Made by a program: the position numbers and the translations under genes. The notes under the pieces were generated by a model. That model ran no database searches, was not told the DNA's origin, and saw only the letters and a program-made list of their open reading frames with translations. DNA of 64,000 bases, taken from NCBI GenBank assembly GCA_963796475.1, contig CAWCLY010000003.1:80922-144921 (forward strand), written 5' to 3'. This DNA comes from an uncultured delta proteobacterium. Lineage in GTDB: Bacteria > Myxococcota > Myxococcia > Myxococcales > Myxococcaceae. Shown here one piece after another: positions 10,799 to 21,590 of this stretch (positions within the stretch are counted from its first letter, which is position 1; the number at the start of each line of letters is the position of its first letter).

Positions 10799-11944
10799 TC
10801 AGCCAGGCTGCCTGGTCAGCCGGGCTCGCGCCTCCTGGACCTTCTGCAGCGCCTCATCGGGGGTGGCGCCGATGGCCGAGAGGTGCCCCATCTTCCGACC
10901 CGGCCGGGCCTGCCGCTTGCCGTAGAGGTGAACGCGCACCCCGGGAAGCTCGAGCGCCCGGTCGAAGGGAGGCGGAGCATCCCCGATCCAGAGGTCTCCG
11001 AGCAGGTTCACGATCGCCGCCGGCCGCAGCAGCTCCGTCGACCCGAGCGGCAAATCGCAGACCGAGCGCGTGTGCTGCTCGAACTGGCTCGTCGCGCAGG
11101 CGACCTCGGTGGTGTGGAAGGTGTTGTGCGGCCTGGGCGCGAGCTCGTTCACCAGCAGCTCCCCGGCCCGGGTGAGGAAGAACTCCGCGGTCAGGAGCCC
11201 CTCCACGCCGAGCGCGGCGGCGATGTCGCGGGCGATCGACTCGGCCTGGTTCGCCACCGCGTGCGGCAGCGGCCCGGGGAGCACGCTCCACTCGAGGATG
11301 CCCTTGATGTGGTGATTCAGCGCCGGCGCATAGGTGCGCGCCTCGCCCGAGGGGCGGCGGGCCACCAGCACGCTGAGCTCGGAGTCCAGCTCGAGCCCCT
11401 TCTCCACCACCACCGGCACCCCTCCGAGCAGCTCCCAGACGCGCGCGGTGTCATCCGGTCCGGTGAGGATGTCTTGCCCCCGTCCGTCGTAGCCGCCACG
11501 CGTCACCTTCACGTAGCAGCGGCCGCCGAGCGCCTGCGCCGCCTCGCGCAGCTCGGCCTCGGTCTCCGCCTTCCGGTACGGGCCCACCGGGAAGCCCCGC
11601 TCGGCGAGCCAGTCCTTCTGCCGCGCCCGGTCCTGCACCACGTGGAGCACGCCGGGGCCGGGGCGCATGGGGATGATCTCCTGCACCGCGGTCATCACCT
11701 CGATGGAGATCTTCTCGATCTCCACCGTCGCCACGTTGCACCGCTGGGCGAGCTCGCGCGCCGCCTGCACGTCGTCGAACCCCGCGGTCACGCAGGTCTC
11801 GACCAGGAAGCGCGCGGCGCACGAGGGGTCCGGGTCGAGCGCCGCCAGGTGGTAGCCGAGCGTGCGCGCGGCCATGGCCGTCATCCGACCGAGCTGCCCG
11901 CCGCCCAGGATTCCGATGGTCGCCCCGGGGAGGATGATGCTCAC
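10799..11944 (-). CDS. purK: N5-carboxyaminoimidazole ribonucleotide synthase
   Basis: [21 protein letters not shown]...ATP-grasp body...[12 protein letters not shown] at 11944 overlaps the purE stop (GTGA). The track ORF 10799..12940 wrongly runs on upstream. Confidence 0.9.
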   Translation of the reverse strand: MSIILPGATIGILGGGQLGRMTAMAARTLGYHLAALDPDPSCAARFLVETCVTAGFDDVQAARELAQRCNVATVEIEKISIEVMTAVQEIIPMRPGPGVLHVVQDRARQKDWLAERGFPVGPYRKAETEAELREAAQALGGRCYVKVTRGGYDGRGQDILTGPDDTARVWELLGGVPVVVEKGLELDSELSVLVARRPSGEARTYAPALNHHIKGILEWSVLPGPLPHAVANQAESIARDIAAALGVEGLLTAEFFLTRAGELLVNELAPRPHNTFHTTEVACATSQFEQHTRSVCDLPLGSTELLRPAAIVNLLGDLWIGDAPPPFDRALELPGVRVHLYGKRQARPGRKMGHLSAIGATPDEALQKVQEARARLTRQPG

Positions 11945-12435
11945 GGGACGGTGCTCTCCAGCGCCTCGCGGGTGCGCGCCGCCCGCCAGGCACGGAGCCG
12001 CTCGCGAACCTCGGGCTTCTCCAGGCCCACAATCTCCGCCGCCAGCAGGGCCGCGTTCGCCGCCCCGGGCTTGCCGATGGCCAGCGTGCCTACCGGGACT
12101 CCCTTCGGCATCTGCACGATGGAGAGCAGCGCGTCCACGCCCTGGAGCACCGTGGCCGGCACCGGCACGCCGAGCACCGGGACCAGCGTCTTGGCCGCCA
12201 CCATCCCCGGAAGGTGGGCTGCACCGCCCGCGCCGGCAATGATCGCCCGCAGTCCCCGGGACTCGGCGGTGGACGCGTACTCGAACATCCAGTCGGGCGT
12301 CCGGTGCGCGCTCACCACCCGGGCCTCGAAGGGGATGCCCAGCTCGGCCAGCACCTCCGCCGCAGGGGCGAGGGTGGACCAGTCCGACGAGCTCCCCATG
12401 ATGATGCCCACCAGGGCTGCCGGGGCGTCTGCCAT
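11941..12435 (-). CDS. purE: N5-carboxyaminoimidazole ribonucleotide mutase
   Basis: 164-aa ORF with IIMGSSSDW...[13 protein letters not shown]... Confidence 0.95.
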   Translation of the reverse strand: MADAPAALVGIIMGSSSDWSTLAPAAEVLAELGIPFEARVVSAHRTPDWMFEYASTAESRGLRAIIAGAGGAAHLPGMVAAKTLVPVLGVPVPATVLQGVDALLSIVQMPKGVPVGTLAIGKPGAANAALLAAEIVGLEKPEVRERLRAWRAARTREALESTVP

Positions 12436-12449
12436 CCGGCGAGTCTAGT

Positions 12450-13856
12450 TCAGGCCCCGACCTCGCGCTGCACCTGACGCACCGTGTTCTCGATGAGCGA
12501 CTGGATCTCCTGGAGCCGCGCCTCGGTCTTGGCCTCGAAGCGCAGCACGAGGATGGGCTGGGTGTTGCGACGCGCGGATGAGGCCCCAGCCGTCGGGGAA
12601 GATCACCCGCACCCCGTCGACGTCGACGATCGAGTAGCCCGCGCTTGCGCGCAGCACCTCGGTCGCGCGGCTGCACCATGGCGAACTTCTTCTCCTCCGG
12701 CACGTCGAAGCGGATCTCGGGGCTGGCGAAGGTCTTGCGGCACGTCGGCGAGCAGCGGCCGAGAGTCGGCTGCTGCGTCGTGGGTGAGGATCTCCAGCAA
12801 GCGCGCGCCGAGCGTACACGCGCGTCGTCGAAGCCGAAGTAGCGGTGCTTGAAGAAGATGTGGCCGCTCATCTCGCCGGCGAGCTGGGCGCCGGTCTCCT
12901 TCATCTTGGCCTTGATGAGCGAGTGGCCCGCCTTCCACATGATCGGCTTGCCGCCGCGCTCCGCGATGTCGTCGTAGAGCGTGCATCGAGCACTTCACCT
13001 CGCCCACGATGGCCGCGCCCGGCGCTCGCTTCAGCACCTCGCGGGAGAAGAGGATCATCAGCTGGTCGCCCCAGAGGATGTTGCCCTGGTCGTCGACGAC
13101 GCCCATGCGGTCGGCGTCGCCGTCGTAGGCGATGCCCACCTCGGCCTTCTCCTCCTTCACCGCGCGCGATGAGGTCCTGCAGGTTCTCCACGCACCGTCG
13201 GGTCCGGGTGGTGGTTCGGGAAGCCGGGCGTCCATCTCGCAGAACAGGGCGACCACGTCGAAGCCCATGGCTCCGGAACAGCGGGACGGCGACCGCGCCG
13301 CCCACGCCGTTGCCCGGCGTCGATGACGATCTCGCATCCCGGGCGGCCCACGCGGATGGTCTGCGCGGACGAAGTGGCGGTACGGGGTGACGATGTCGAA
13401 CGGGCGTCGACACGAGCCCGGTCGGCCCACCTCGAAGTCGCCTGCCTCGATGAGCTGCCGCAGCGCCTGGATCTCGTGGCCGTGGAGCGTGGTCTTGCCC
13501 GTGGCCGATCTTGAAGCCGTTGTACTCGGGCGGGTTGTGGCTGCCGGTGATCATCGCCAGCCCGTCGCACCGGGCAGGGTGTTCGCGGCGAAGTAGGTCA
13601 GCGGCGTCGGCACGACGCCCACGTCGAGCACGTCGAGCCCGGTGGAGGTGATGCCCGCGCACCAGCCGATCGCGGAAGCGGGTAGCTGGACTCGCGGCAG
13701 TCGCGGCCCACCACGATGCTCGTCCCGCCCTTCCGGCGGACCACCGTCCCCAGGCCCTTGCCCAGCAGCTCCACGACCTCCTCGGTCAGGTCCTTGATCG
13801 ACCAGACCGCGGATGTCGTACTCGCGGAAGATGTGCGCGTTCATCCTCGCCCTCAC
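12450..13856 (-). pseudogene. phosphomannomutase/phosphoglucomutase (alpha-D-phosphohexomutase), frameshifted several times
   Basis: Fragments in three minus frames: MNAHIFREYDIRG (13844), ...GIAYDGDADRMGVVDDQGNILWGDQL..., ...GEMSGHIFFKHRYFGFDDA..., ...GVRVIFPDGWGLIRAS.... TGA at 12450-12452. GTG 13856 overlaps the upstream stop. Confidence 0.85.
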
Positions 13857-14926
13857 TCGAACTTGGCCAGCCCTCGGCTGCGCTTCAGTGCCTGCACCAC
13901 CGCCCGGACGTCCTGGCTCCGGTCACGGGGCACGACCAGCAGCGCGTCCCCCGAGTCCACCACCACCATGTCCTTGAGGCCCACCAGCCCCAGCGGCCGG
14001 CCCGACCCCACCACCACGCACCCCGCCGAGTCCACCAGGACCGCGCCCTCCCCCACCACCACGTTCCCGTCGCGGTCGGCGGGCCGGACCTCCGGCAGGG
14101 CCGCGAAGCTCCCCACGTCGGACCAGCCGAAGTCGCCGGGGACGACCGCGATGTCCCGCGCCTTCTCCATCACCCCGTAGTCGATCGAGACCGAGGGCGC
14201 GGTGGGGAAGTGCTTCTTCACGGCGCGCGGCGTACCGGGCGGTGCCCACCGTGCGGGGCGATCCGGTCGAGCACCACGGCGAGCTCGGGCATGTGCCGCT
14301 CGATGGCATCGCGCATCGCGCCGGCGCGGTGAAGACGAAGATGCCCCCGTTCCACAGGTACTCGCCCGAGGCCAGGTACGCCGGCCGCGGTGCGGCGCGT
14401 CGGGCTTCTCCACGAACGCCCGCACCCGCGCCGCCCGCCATCGATGGGCTCGCCCGGTCCGGATGTAGCCGTACCCCGTCTCGGCTCGGGTCGGCCGGAT
14501 GCCGATGGTGACCAGCGCGCCGGACCGGGCGACCTCGGCCGCATGGCGGAGCACCGCCTGGAATCCCGGCACGTCGGCGACGTGGTGGTCCGAGGGGAGC
14601 ACCGCGAGCACGCCGTCCGGGTCGCGCGCCTGCACGTGGAGCGTGGCCAGGCCGATGGCCGGGGCGGTGTTCCGGGCGATGGGCTCGACCAGCACGTTCG
14701 CTGCCGGCAGCCGCGGGAGGAGCCGCCGGACCGTCCGGGCGTGCACCGGCCCGCACACGACGTAGGTCCGTCCGGGGGTGACCAGCCCCTTCAGGCGGTT
14801 CACCGTCTCGACGATGAGCGGGCGATCGGTCGCCAGGGCGAGGAACTGCTTGGGCCGCGCCTTCCGCGAGAGCGGCCAGAAGCGCGTTCCCGAACCGCCG
14901 GCCATCACCACCGGATAGAGCGTCAC
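13853..14926 (-). pseudogene. mannose-1-phosphate guanylyltransferase-like nucleotidyltransferase, frameshifted
   Basis: VTLYPVVMAGGSGTRFWPLSRKARPKQFL...GYGYIRTG..., then an out-of-frame stretch, then ...SIDYGVMEKARDIAVVPGDFGWSDVGS.... GTG 14926 overlaps the NUDIX stop. Confidence 0.8.
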
Positions 14927-15522
14927 GCAGGCCTCGTCGCGTTCCAGGCCGGGAGCCCGGTGATCACCGACAGCAGATTGGAGAGGATGCGCGCGGTGGC
15001 GCCCCAGATGGTGTGACGGCCAGCGTCGTAGAAGTACACGTCGTGCTCGGCTCCCCGGAAGAACCGCTTCTCGGTCCGCCGGAGCCCGGGCACTAGCAGA
15101 TCCACAACCGGAACCTCGAGCAGCTCTGCGATTTCCCCGGCGTCGGGGCGCAGCTCGACGGAGGGGTCCAGGAGACCCACGTACGGAACGACCCGGAACT
15201 CCGACGTGGTGGGGATCTCGTCCAGCATGCCCAGCACGTGGACGGCCTGCGGAGGGACGCCCAGCTCCTCCTCCAGCTCGCGGAGCGCGGTGTGCAGCGT
15301 GGTCGGATCCTCGGGGTCGCGCACCCCACCGGGGAACGAGACCTGCCCGGCGTGCCTCCGGAAGTGCGCGGGACGGAGGGTGAAGAGAAGCCGCGGGTCG
15401 TCTCCCCGGAGCACGAACGGCGCGAGCACGGCCGAGTCGCGCAGCTCGAGCCCCGGCAGGTGCAGGTGCCGACCCGGGTGCTGCTGGAGCGCCTGCGACA
15501 GCTGGACGAACCGCGGATCCAT
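14923..15522 (-). CDS. NUDIX hydrolase (CoA pyrophosphatase-like)
   Basis: MDPRFVQL... with Nudix box PGGVRDPEDPTTLHTALRELEEELG. The start overlaps the uppP stop. Confidence 0.85.
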   Translation of the reverse strand: MDPRFVQLSQALQQHPGRHLHLPGLELRDSAVLAPFVLRGDDPRLLFTLRPAHFRRHAGQVSFPGGVRDPEDPTTLHTALRELEEELGVPPQAVHVLGMLDEIPTTSEFRVVPYVGLLDPSVELRPDAGEIAELLEVPVVDLLVPGLRRTEKRFFRGAEHDVYFYDAGRHTIWGATARILSNLLSVITGLPAWNATRPA

Positions 15523-16418
15523 CAACGAGGCACCGGCTCCCCGCCGGCCGCCTCGGCCGGGATGCTCGTCGGGGCAGCGCCCTGCTCGAGCCCGGCGTCC
15601 GGACGCAGCCGGCCGGTGTGGAGGAGCGAGAGGAGCAGCGCCCCGAGCAGGAGCCGGTAGACGACGAACACCATCGTGGTGCGGGTGCGCAGGTACCGGA
15701 GCAGTCCTCCGATGGCCAGCATCCCCGAGAGGAAGGCCACCACCGCGGCGACTGCCAGCTCGGTCCCGGTGAACGGAGTCGAGGCGTGCCGGAGGTGACG
15801 GAGCTCGAAGAGGCCCGCGGCCGTGGTGGCGGGGATGGAGAGCAGGAAGGAGTAGCGGGCCGCATCCTCGCGCCGGAGCCCGCGCCACAGCCCGCCGGTC
15901 AGGGTGGTCCCCGAGCGGCTGGAGCCAGGGACCAGGGCCAGCGCCTGCCAGAGGCCGATGATCCAGCCGTCCTTCAGGGTCATGTCGTCGAGTCGGCGCG
16001 CATGGCGCGCGGTCCGCTCGGCCGCGGCGAGCACCAGGGCCAGCACGATCATCGAGCCGGCGACGACGTAGAGGGACCGGAGGCTGGTCTCGATGGCGTG
16101 CTTGAACAGGAACCCGAGCACCACCACCGGGAGCGTGCCCACCAGGACGAACCAGGCCAGTCGCGACTCGGTGGTACCGAACAGGTCCCGCCGCTGGAGC
16201 CCGTCCACCCAGGCGCGCAGGAGCTGCACGATGTCCCTCCGGAAGTAGACCAGCACCGCGGCCACGGTCCCGAGCTGGATGATGGCGTCGAACGCTGCGC
16301 CGGGGTCCTGCCAGCCGAACAGCTCCGGTGTGATGCGCAGGTGCGCCGTCGAGCTGATGGGCAGGAACTCCGTGATTCCCTGGACCAGGCCGAGGACGAC
16401 CGCGCGCAGAAGACCCAT
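15522..16418 (-). CDS. uppP: undecaprenyl-diphosphate phosphatase
   Basis: 298-aa polytopic ORF with GITEFLPISSTAH and PGSSRSGTT motifs. Confidence 0.95.
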   Translation of the reverse strand: MGLLRAVVLGLVQGITEFLPISSTAHLRITPELFGWQDPGAAFDAIIQLGTVAAVLVYFRRDIVQLLRAWVDGLQRRDLFGTTESRLAWFVLVGTLPVVVLGFLFKHAIETSLRSLYVVAGSMIVLALVLAAAERTARHARRLDDMTLKDGWIIGLWQALALVPGSSRSGTTLTGGLWRGLRREDAARYSFLLSIPATTAAGLFELRHLRHASTPFTGTELAVAAVVAFLSGMLAIGGLLRYLRTRTTMVFVVYRLLLGALLLSLLHTGRLRPDAGLEQGAAPTSIPAEAAGGEPVPR

Positions 16419-16623
16419 GGGGGACGGCCCTCATGCCAGGCTTTCCCGGGCCCCGGCAAGCACCCCTGTCCAGCGGGAATGAATGCCGCGGACGGATGAG
16501 CCGTCGAAGGATCGGAAGGTCTGGCGTACGCCATCGGACCCATGGCCCGCCGGTGGACTCTGCCGTTGCAAGTGTGCAGATCTGGGGCTGTTGAACGACG
16601 GGGGAGCGAGGGAGGACGGAGTC

Positions 16624-17249
16624 ATGAGGCACGCGGCACTGGCCGCAGCGATGGGGCTGCTGGCGGCCTGCTACCCGGGCGGAGCGGAGACCCTGTCGGA
16701 TCTCGACACCGTCACCACCCAGCACGATCCCAAGGCGAACTACGCGAGCATCCGGACCTACGCGTTGCCGAGCACCATCCAGGTGACGCCGTCGCCGTAC
16801 GGTGACCCGCTGACGATCGACCACAGCAACGACGCGGCCATCCTCGCAACGGTTGCCTCGAACCTGGACAATCTCGGCTGGCACCAGGTGGACCCGGCGA
16901 CGGTCACGCCGGACGTCAACGTGATGGTCGCGGTCACCGCGACCCGCTACCGCGAGTACGTCTCCTATCCGTTCTACACCTGGTACCCGGGGTGGGCCGG
17001 CTTCACCGGCTACGATGACGACCTGGGGGGTGTATTACCCGCTACGGCGGGGGATACCCGACGGTGATCGATGCGGGCTCGCTTCGCATCGACATGCTGG
17101 ACACCCGCGCCCCGAACACGACGACGAAGCAGCTGACCGCGATCTGGACCGCCTCGCTGAACGGAGTGATCGGCGGAAGCACCCAGTCGATGCTCGATCG
17201 CATCAACGCCGGCATCGACCAGGCGTTCGCCCAGTCCCCGTACCTGTGA
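16624..17249 (+). pseudogene. DUF4136-like lipoprotein, one frameshift (~17030)
   Basis: MRHAALAAAMGLLAACYPG lipobox. The body continues in ORF 17064..17249 (IDAGSLRIDMLD...). Confidence 0.5.
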
Positions 17250-17257
17250 GCCAAGCC

Positions 17258-17865
17258 ATGCGCTCCATGCGATTCCTCCTTGCGGTCTCTCTCCTCCTCT
17301 CCTCGGTTGCCCTCGCCCAGAGCCACGTCCGCATCTCGTACGAGATGGCGCGAGCCCGAGGGAAACACCGCGCGGTACATCGACCGGTTCAGCAGCCGCG
17401 GCGCGCACCTCGATGTCTCGCTCGAGCTGACCTACGCCTTCCACTTCGAGCTCTCGGCCGGCCTGAACAGCTTCAACGCCGCGAAGTACGGGGTGCTGAC
17501 CACCACCACCGGGCAGGACGTCTCCGGCAAGCAGTTCCGCTACCTGAACGCCATCCCGCTGATGGCGGGGTTCGCCTTCCACATCCCGCTCGGCAACGGG
17601 AGCCGCTTCTGGGCCGGGTGCAACGCCGGCACCGGCTACTTCGACCGGGTCATCGACCTCGGGATGTACTCGTACTCCGGCCTCGAGCTGGCAGTACGGC
17701 ATCCAGCCGCACGTGGGCATCGCCATCGGGCTGGGCGACCACTCGGGGACCGCGCTCTTCTTCGACGGGCGGTACAACTACTTCTGGGCCCGGCAGGGCT
17801 TTCCGGTCCAGCAGTACTGGTCTTTCGGCGTCGGCCTGCTCTTCGGCGGCTCCGGTAAGAAGTGA
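17258..17865 (+). pseudogene. small outer-membrane beta-barrel protein, two frameshifts
   Basis: Signal peptide MRSMRFLLAVSLLLSSVALAQ. Alternating-hydrophobic strands (LDVSLELTYAFHFELSAG, FWAGCNAGTGYF, YWSFGVGLLFG). Frame changes at ~17345 and ~17690. Confidence 0.55.
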
Positions 17866-17963
17866 CCCAGCGCGCCCGGCGGCGATGACGCTCTCCGCCA
17901 TCGGCCGCACCAGGCGGGTTCTCGTGGTCAGCGCCAGCGGCGGCGGCTAGCGTCCCCGGCCGC

Positions 17964-20003
17964 ATGGGTCGGGTTCGACGGACCGCAGCGCTGCTCTCCG
18001 CCGTGCTCCTCCCGCTCCCTGCGGCTGCGGCGGGCTCCGATCTCGCGGAGATCCGCGCCCGGGGCAGTCCTCCGCGTCCTGGTCGTCGGCGACGAGGACG
18101 ACCCGCCCATCTCCCGCGACGGCTCGCCCGGCGCCATCGACCGGAGCCTCGCCGAGGACTTCGCCCGTCGGCAGGGGCTGACCCTGGAGACGGTCTGGAT
18201 CGAGCGGCGACACGACATCCTGGAGGAGCTCCTGGCCGGCCGCGGGGACGTGGCCGCCACCGGGCTGGCCATCACCCCCGATCGCGCCGCGCGGGTGGCG
18301 TTCACCGACCCCGTGGCCGTCGTCGACGAGCTACTCATCGGGCGGAAGGGAATGCGCCAGCCCCCGCGCGCTCCCGCCGACCTCGCCAGGCGCACGGTCA
18401 CCATCCCCAGCGGCACGGCATTCGAGGCCAGCCTGGCGAAGCTCGTGGTCCCGGGGCTCCGGGTGGAGCAGGTGCTCGGCCCCGTCCAGCAGGCCGATCT
18501 GATCGCCCAGGTGAGCCGCGGCGAGCGCGAGCTGGCGGTGGTGGACAGCAACGTCTGGGAGGCGGAGCGGGAGTGGGCCAAGGACGCGGTGGTGCTCTTC
18601 CCGATCGCCCGGAAGCAGCCCATCGGCTGGGCCGTGCACCCCGATTCGAAGCAGCTCAAGGCCGCGCTGGACCTGTTCATCCAGGAGCGGGCACTGGTCG
18701 CGCACGCCGACCGGACGTGGACCGGGGACCTGGCCGGGGTGAAGAAGCACCGCGTCCTCCGGGTGCTGACCCGCAACAACGCCGTCAGCTACTTCCTCCT
18801 CCGGGGGGAGGCGGTGGGCTTCGACCACGATCTCATGAAGCGCTTTGCCGACGGCCTCGAGGTACGGCTGCAGATCATCGTCCCGCCGTCGCACGCCGAC
18901 CTCGTCCCCTGGCTGCTCGAGGGCAAGGGCGACGTCATCGCCGCCTCGTACACCGCGACGCCGGAGCGAGGGAGGCAGGTGGCGTTCAGCGCGCCCTACC
19001 TCGAGGTCCAGGAGCTGCTCGTGCAGCGCGCCTCGGAGCCAATCTTGAAGAGCGTGGCCGAGCTGCGCGGGCGGCGCATCCGGGTGCGCCCCGGCTCGAG
19101 CTACCAGGGGACGCTGGAGCGGCTCCGGGCGAAGGGCGCGGGCTTCACGCTCGAGCTCGCCCGTGCCGACGAGGAGACCGAGCAGCTCATCGCCGGCGTG
19201 GCCGCGGGCGAGGTGGACCTCACCGTGTCCGACTCTCACATCTTCCAGGCGGAGCGGGTGTGGCGGTCGGACGTGGTGGCGGCCTTCGCGCTCGACGACG
19301 GGGCGAAGAAGCAGATCGCCGTCGCGGTGCGTCCAGGCGATCAACATCTGAAGGCGGCGCTCGACCGGTTCGTGAAGCAAGACCTACAAGGGGCTCGAGT
19401 ACAACATGTCGTGGCGGCGCTACTTCGAGGACTCGAGGGTCGCCACCGAGTCGCGGGCCCAGGATGCGGGCACGCTCCAGGGCCTCTCGGCATGGGACGG
19501 CGTCTTCCGGAAGTACGCGCAGCTCTACAACTTCGACTGGCGGCTTGCTCGCGGCCCAGGCGTACCAGGAGAGCCGCTTCGACCCCCAGGCGCGGAGCCT
19601 GGCGGGCGCGGTGGGCCTCCTGCAGGTCTTGCCACGCACCGCGCGCGAGCTGGGCTTCAGCCGACCGGAGGAGCCGGAGCAGGGAGCACACGCCGGCATC
19701 AAGTTCCTCTCGGTCCTGAACGATCGCCTCGAGGCGACGCTGCCGGTGCAGCAGCGGATGCGCTTCGCCCTGGCGGCGTACAACTGCGGCTGGGGCCATC
19801 TCGCCGACGCGCGGCAGCTGGCCCGCTCCCAGCGGCTCGACCCCGACAAGTGGTTCAAGAACGTGGAGCAGGCCATGCTCCTGCTCCAGAAGCCGGCGTA
19901 CTACGCGCATGCCCGGCACGGGTACGTGCGGGGGACGGAGCCGGTCCGGTACGTCTCGGAGATCCAGACCCGCTACGAGAACTACCTCAAGCTCGTGCCC
20001 TGA
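17964..20003 (+). pseudogene. mltF: membrane-bound lytic murein transglycosylase F-like (two SBP_bac_3 domains + SLT domain), frameshifted
   Basis: Signal peptide, two solute-binding-like repeats (ORF 18250..19719) and an SLT catalytic region ...AAQAYQESRFDPQARS..GLLQVLP...AAYNCGWGHL. At least 3 frame changes. Confidence 0.8.
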
Positions 20004-20025
20004 GCCCGGCGAGGGAGCCCGGTTC

Positions 20026-20499
20026 TCATCCCGGGATGACGTTGGGCGCGCCGGACTTCGTCCCCAGCCATCGAACGGAGTACGCGCAGGCGACCGGGCT
20101 CGTCTGCTCGACCGTGGCCATGGCCTCGAGGCCGGTGATGCTGAACTGACCGGCGAGGGTGATGCGGAAGGTCGCGGGGCCCACCGCCACGGTGCGGGCG
20201 GTGGTCTGGAAGCGCGCCGACGCATCGACCGTCCCCGAATGGCTCACCCCGGCGTGGGTGAGCCGCAGCGAGCTCGCCCCCGGGGCGTGGTCGACGCTGG
20301 TCACGGCGTCCTCCACCGTCACGCCCGAGCACGTCCCGCCGGGGAGCAGGGTCACCCGGGTGTCGTAGCTGCCGCCCACCGAGAGCTGGCTCGCTCCACC
20401 GCCTGCATCGGGCTGCGGCGCGGAATTCCCTGCCGGGCCGCCACAACCGGTGCCGAGCCGGACGAGAAACAACACCAGACCCCACCGGAGCGCTCTCAT
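20026..20499 (-). CDS. hypothetical lipoprotein (157 aa)
   Basis: MRALRWGLVLFLVRLGTGCGG lipobox. ATG at 20499, 3 nt after the stop of the upstream lipoprotein gene. Confidence 0.55.
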   Translation of the reverse strand: MRALRWGLVLFLVRLGTGCGGPAGNSAPQPDAGGGASQLSVGGSYDTRVTLLPGGTCSGVTVEDAVTSVDHAPGASSLRLTHAGVSHSGTVDASARFQTTARTVAVGPATFRITLAGQFSITGLEAMATVEQTSPVACAYSVRWLGTKSGAPNVIPG

Positions 20500-20501
20500 C
20501 G

Positions 20502-21389
20502 CTATGGCCTCCGCGCGTAGCTCGAGTCGAAGCTGACGCGCCAGGTCGCACCGTTGTCGGTCGAGGTCTCCTCCCAGTAGCGAACGACCGAGGCGCTGGT
20601 CGCCTCCCACAGGAAGCGATCGCCCGGGGACTGGTAGAGCACCATCCGGGTCCCGTCGAAGGTGCCCACCAGCACCAGCCGTCCCCCCAGCGAATCGACG
20701 TACGTCTGGTGCCACTGACCGTCCCGGCGGCTGAAGAGGCTGGTGCTGCGTCCCCGGACTCCGGCCGTGTCCTGGAAGTGCTCCTCGAGCAGGCACCCAC
20801 GACCCTCGGCGGTGATGGTGTTCGTGCCCGAGAAGACGCCGGGAGCCGAGAAGTCCCAGAGGCCGAGCCAGAAGTCGAACTGGCGGTCCGTCGGATTGGC
20901 GCAGTCGGACTGCGGGCCGATCCAGACCACGCCGTACGTGCCCCCGGAACGAACCGGGGCCGACACCGCGTGCCTGACGGGATTGATGCTGGCCTGGGCA
21001 ACCTGCTCCCAGACGCCCCCGTCGACCGCATGCAACCGCCACTCGCCCTCGTCCGTTCCGGATGGACCCAGCGCCGGGTCGTACTGGAGGGTCAGGGTGG
21101 CCGGAGCGGTGAAGCTGGCGTCCCGAGGGTCCAGCGCGTAGCCGCTGCGAGAGGTGGCGTGCGGATCCAGCGGCACGGCGCCTGCCGGTCGCAGGCTCAG
21201 CGGAAGAGGCGACGCCAGCGCACCGGCCGGGACCACCAGGGTCGCCCTCCCGTCGGCGCTGGTGACGGTCCCCCCGGATGGGCCCACCACGGGAGCACCG
21301 GCATCGGGGAGCGCATTCGGCGGCGGCGGGCTGCCTCCACAGCCGGCGAGCAGAGAGAGGACCAGCAGGGCGGCGGGCGAAGGTTTCAC
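20502..21389 (-). CDS. hypothetical lipoprotein
   Basis: VKPSPAALLVLSLLAGCGG lipobox from GTG 21389 (an alternative ATG is at 21461). The C-terminal part (FDFWLGLWDF...WHQTYVDSLGGRLVLVGTFDG) vaguely resembles DUF1579-type domains. Confidence 0.55.
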   Translation of the reverse strand: MKPSPAALLVLSLLAGCGGSPPPPNALPDAGAPVVGPSGGTVTSADGRATLVVPAGALASPLPLSLRPAGAVPLDPHATSRSGYALDPRDASFTAPATLTLQYDPALGPSGTDEGEWRLHAVDGGVWEQVAQASINPVRHAVSAPVRSGGTYGVVWIGPQSDCANPTDRQFDFWLGLWDFSAPGVFSGTNTITAEGRGCLLEEHFQDTAGVRGRSTSLFSRRDGQWHQTYVDSLGGRLVLVGTFDGTRMVLYQSPGDRFLWEATSASVVRYWEETSTDNGATWRVSFDSSYARRP

Positions 21390-21590
21390 GGGTGGGACCT
21401 CGGAGCTCGGGTTCGCCCCACCGATGCGCTCAGGGACTGCCGCGCGCCATGACCGCGCCATGGAATCGAGGTTGAACGGAGATGGAGGCGAAACCCTCGT
21501 CCCTGTCGAGGCTTCCGCCCGCGGATGCACCGACGAATCTCCTTCCCGCGGCCTCGGACACCGGCGCGCGCGGCGCTAGATTGGACCCGG

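Noticed and set aside
10799-12940. 713-aa ORF suggesting a purK fusion protein.
   Set aside because: The purK signature begins at GTG 11944, overlapping the purE stop. The N-terminal 330 codons are out-of-frame read-through of purE plus a fragment of the PMM gene.
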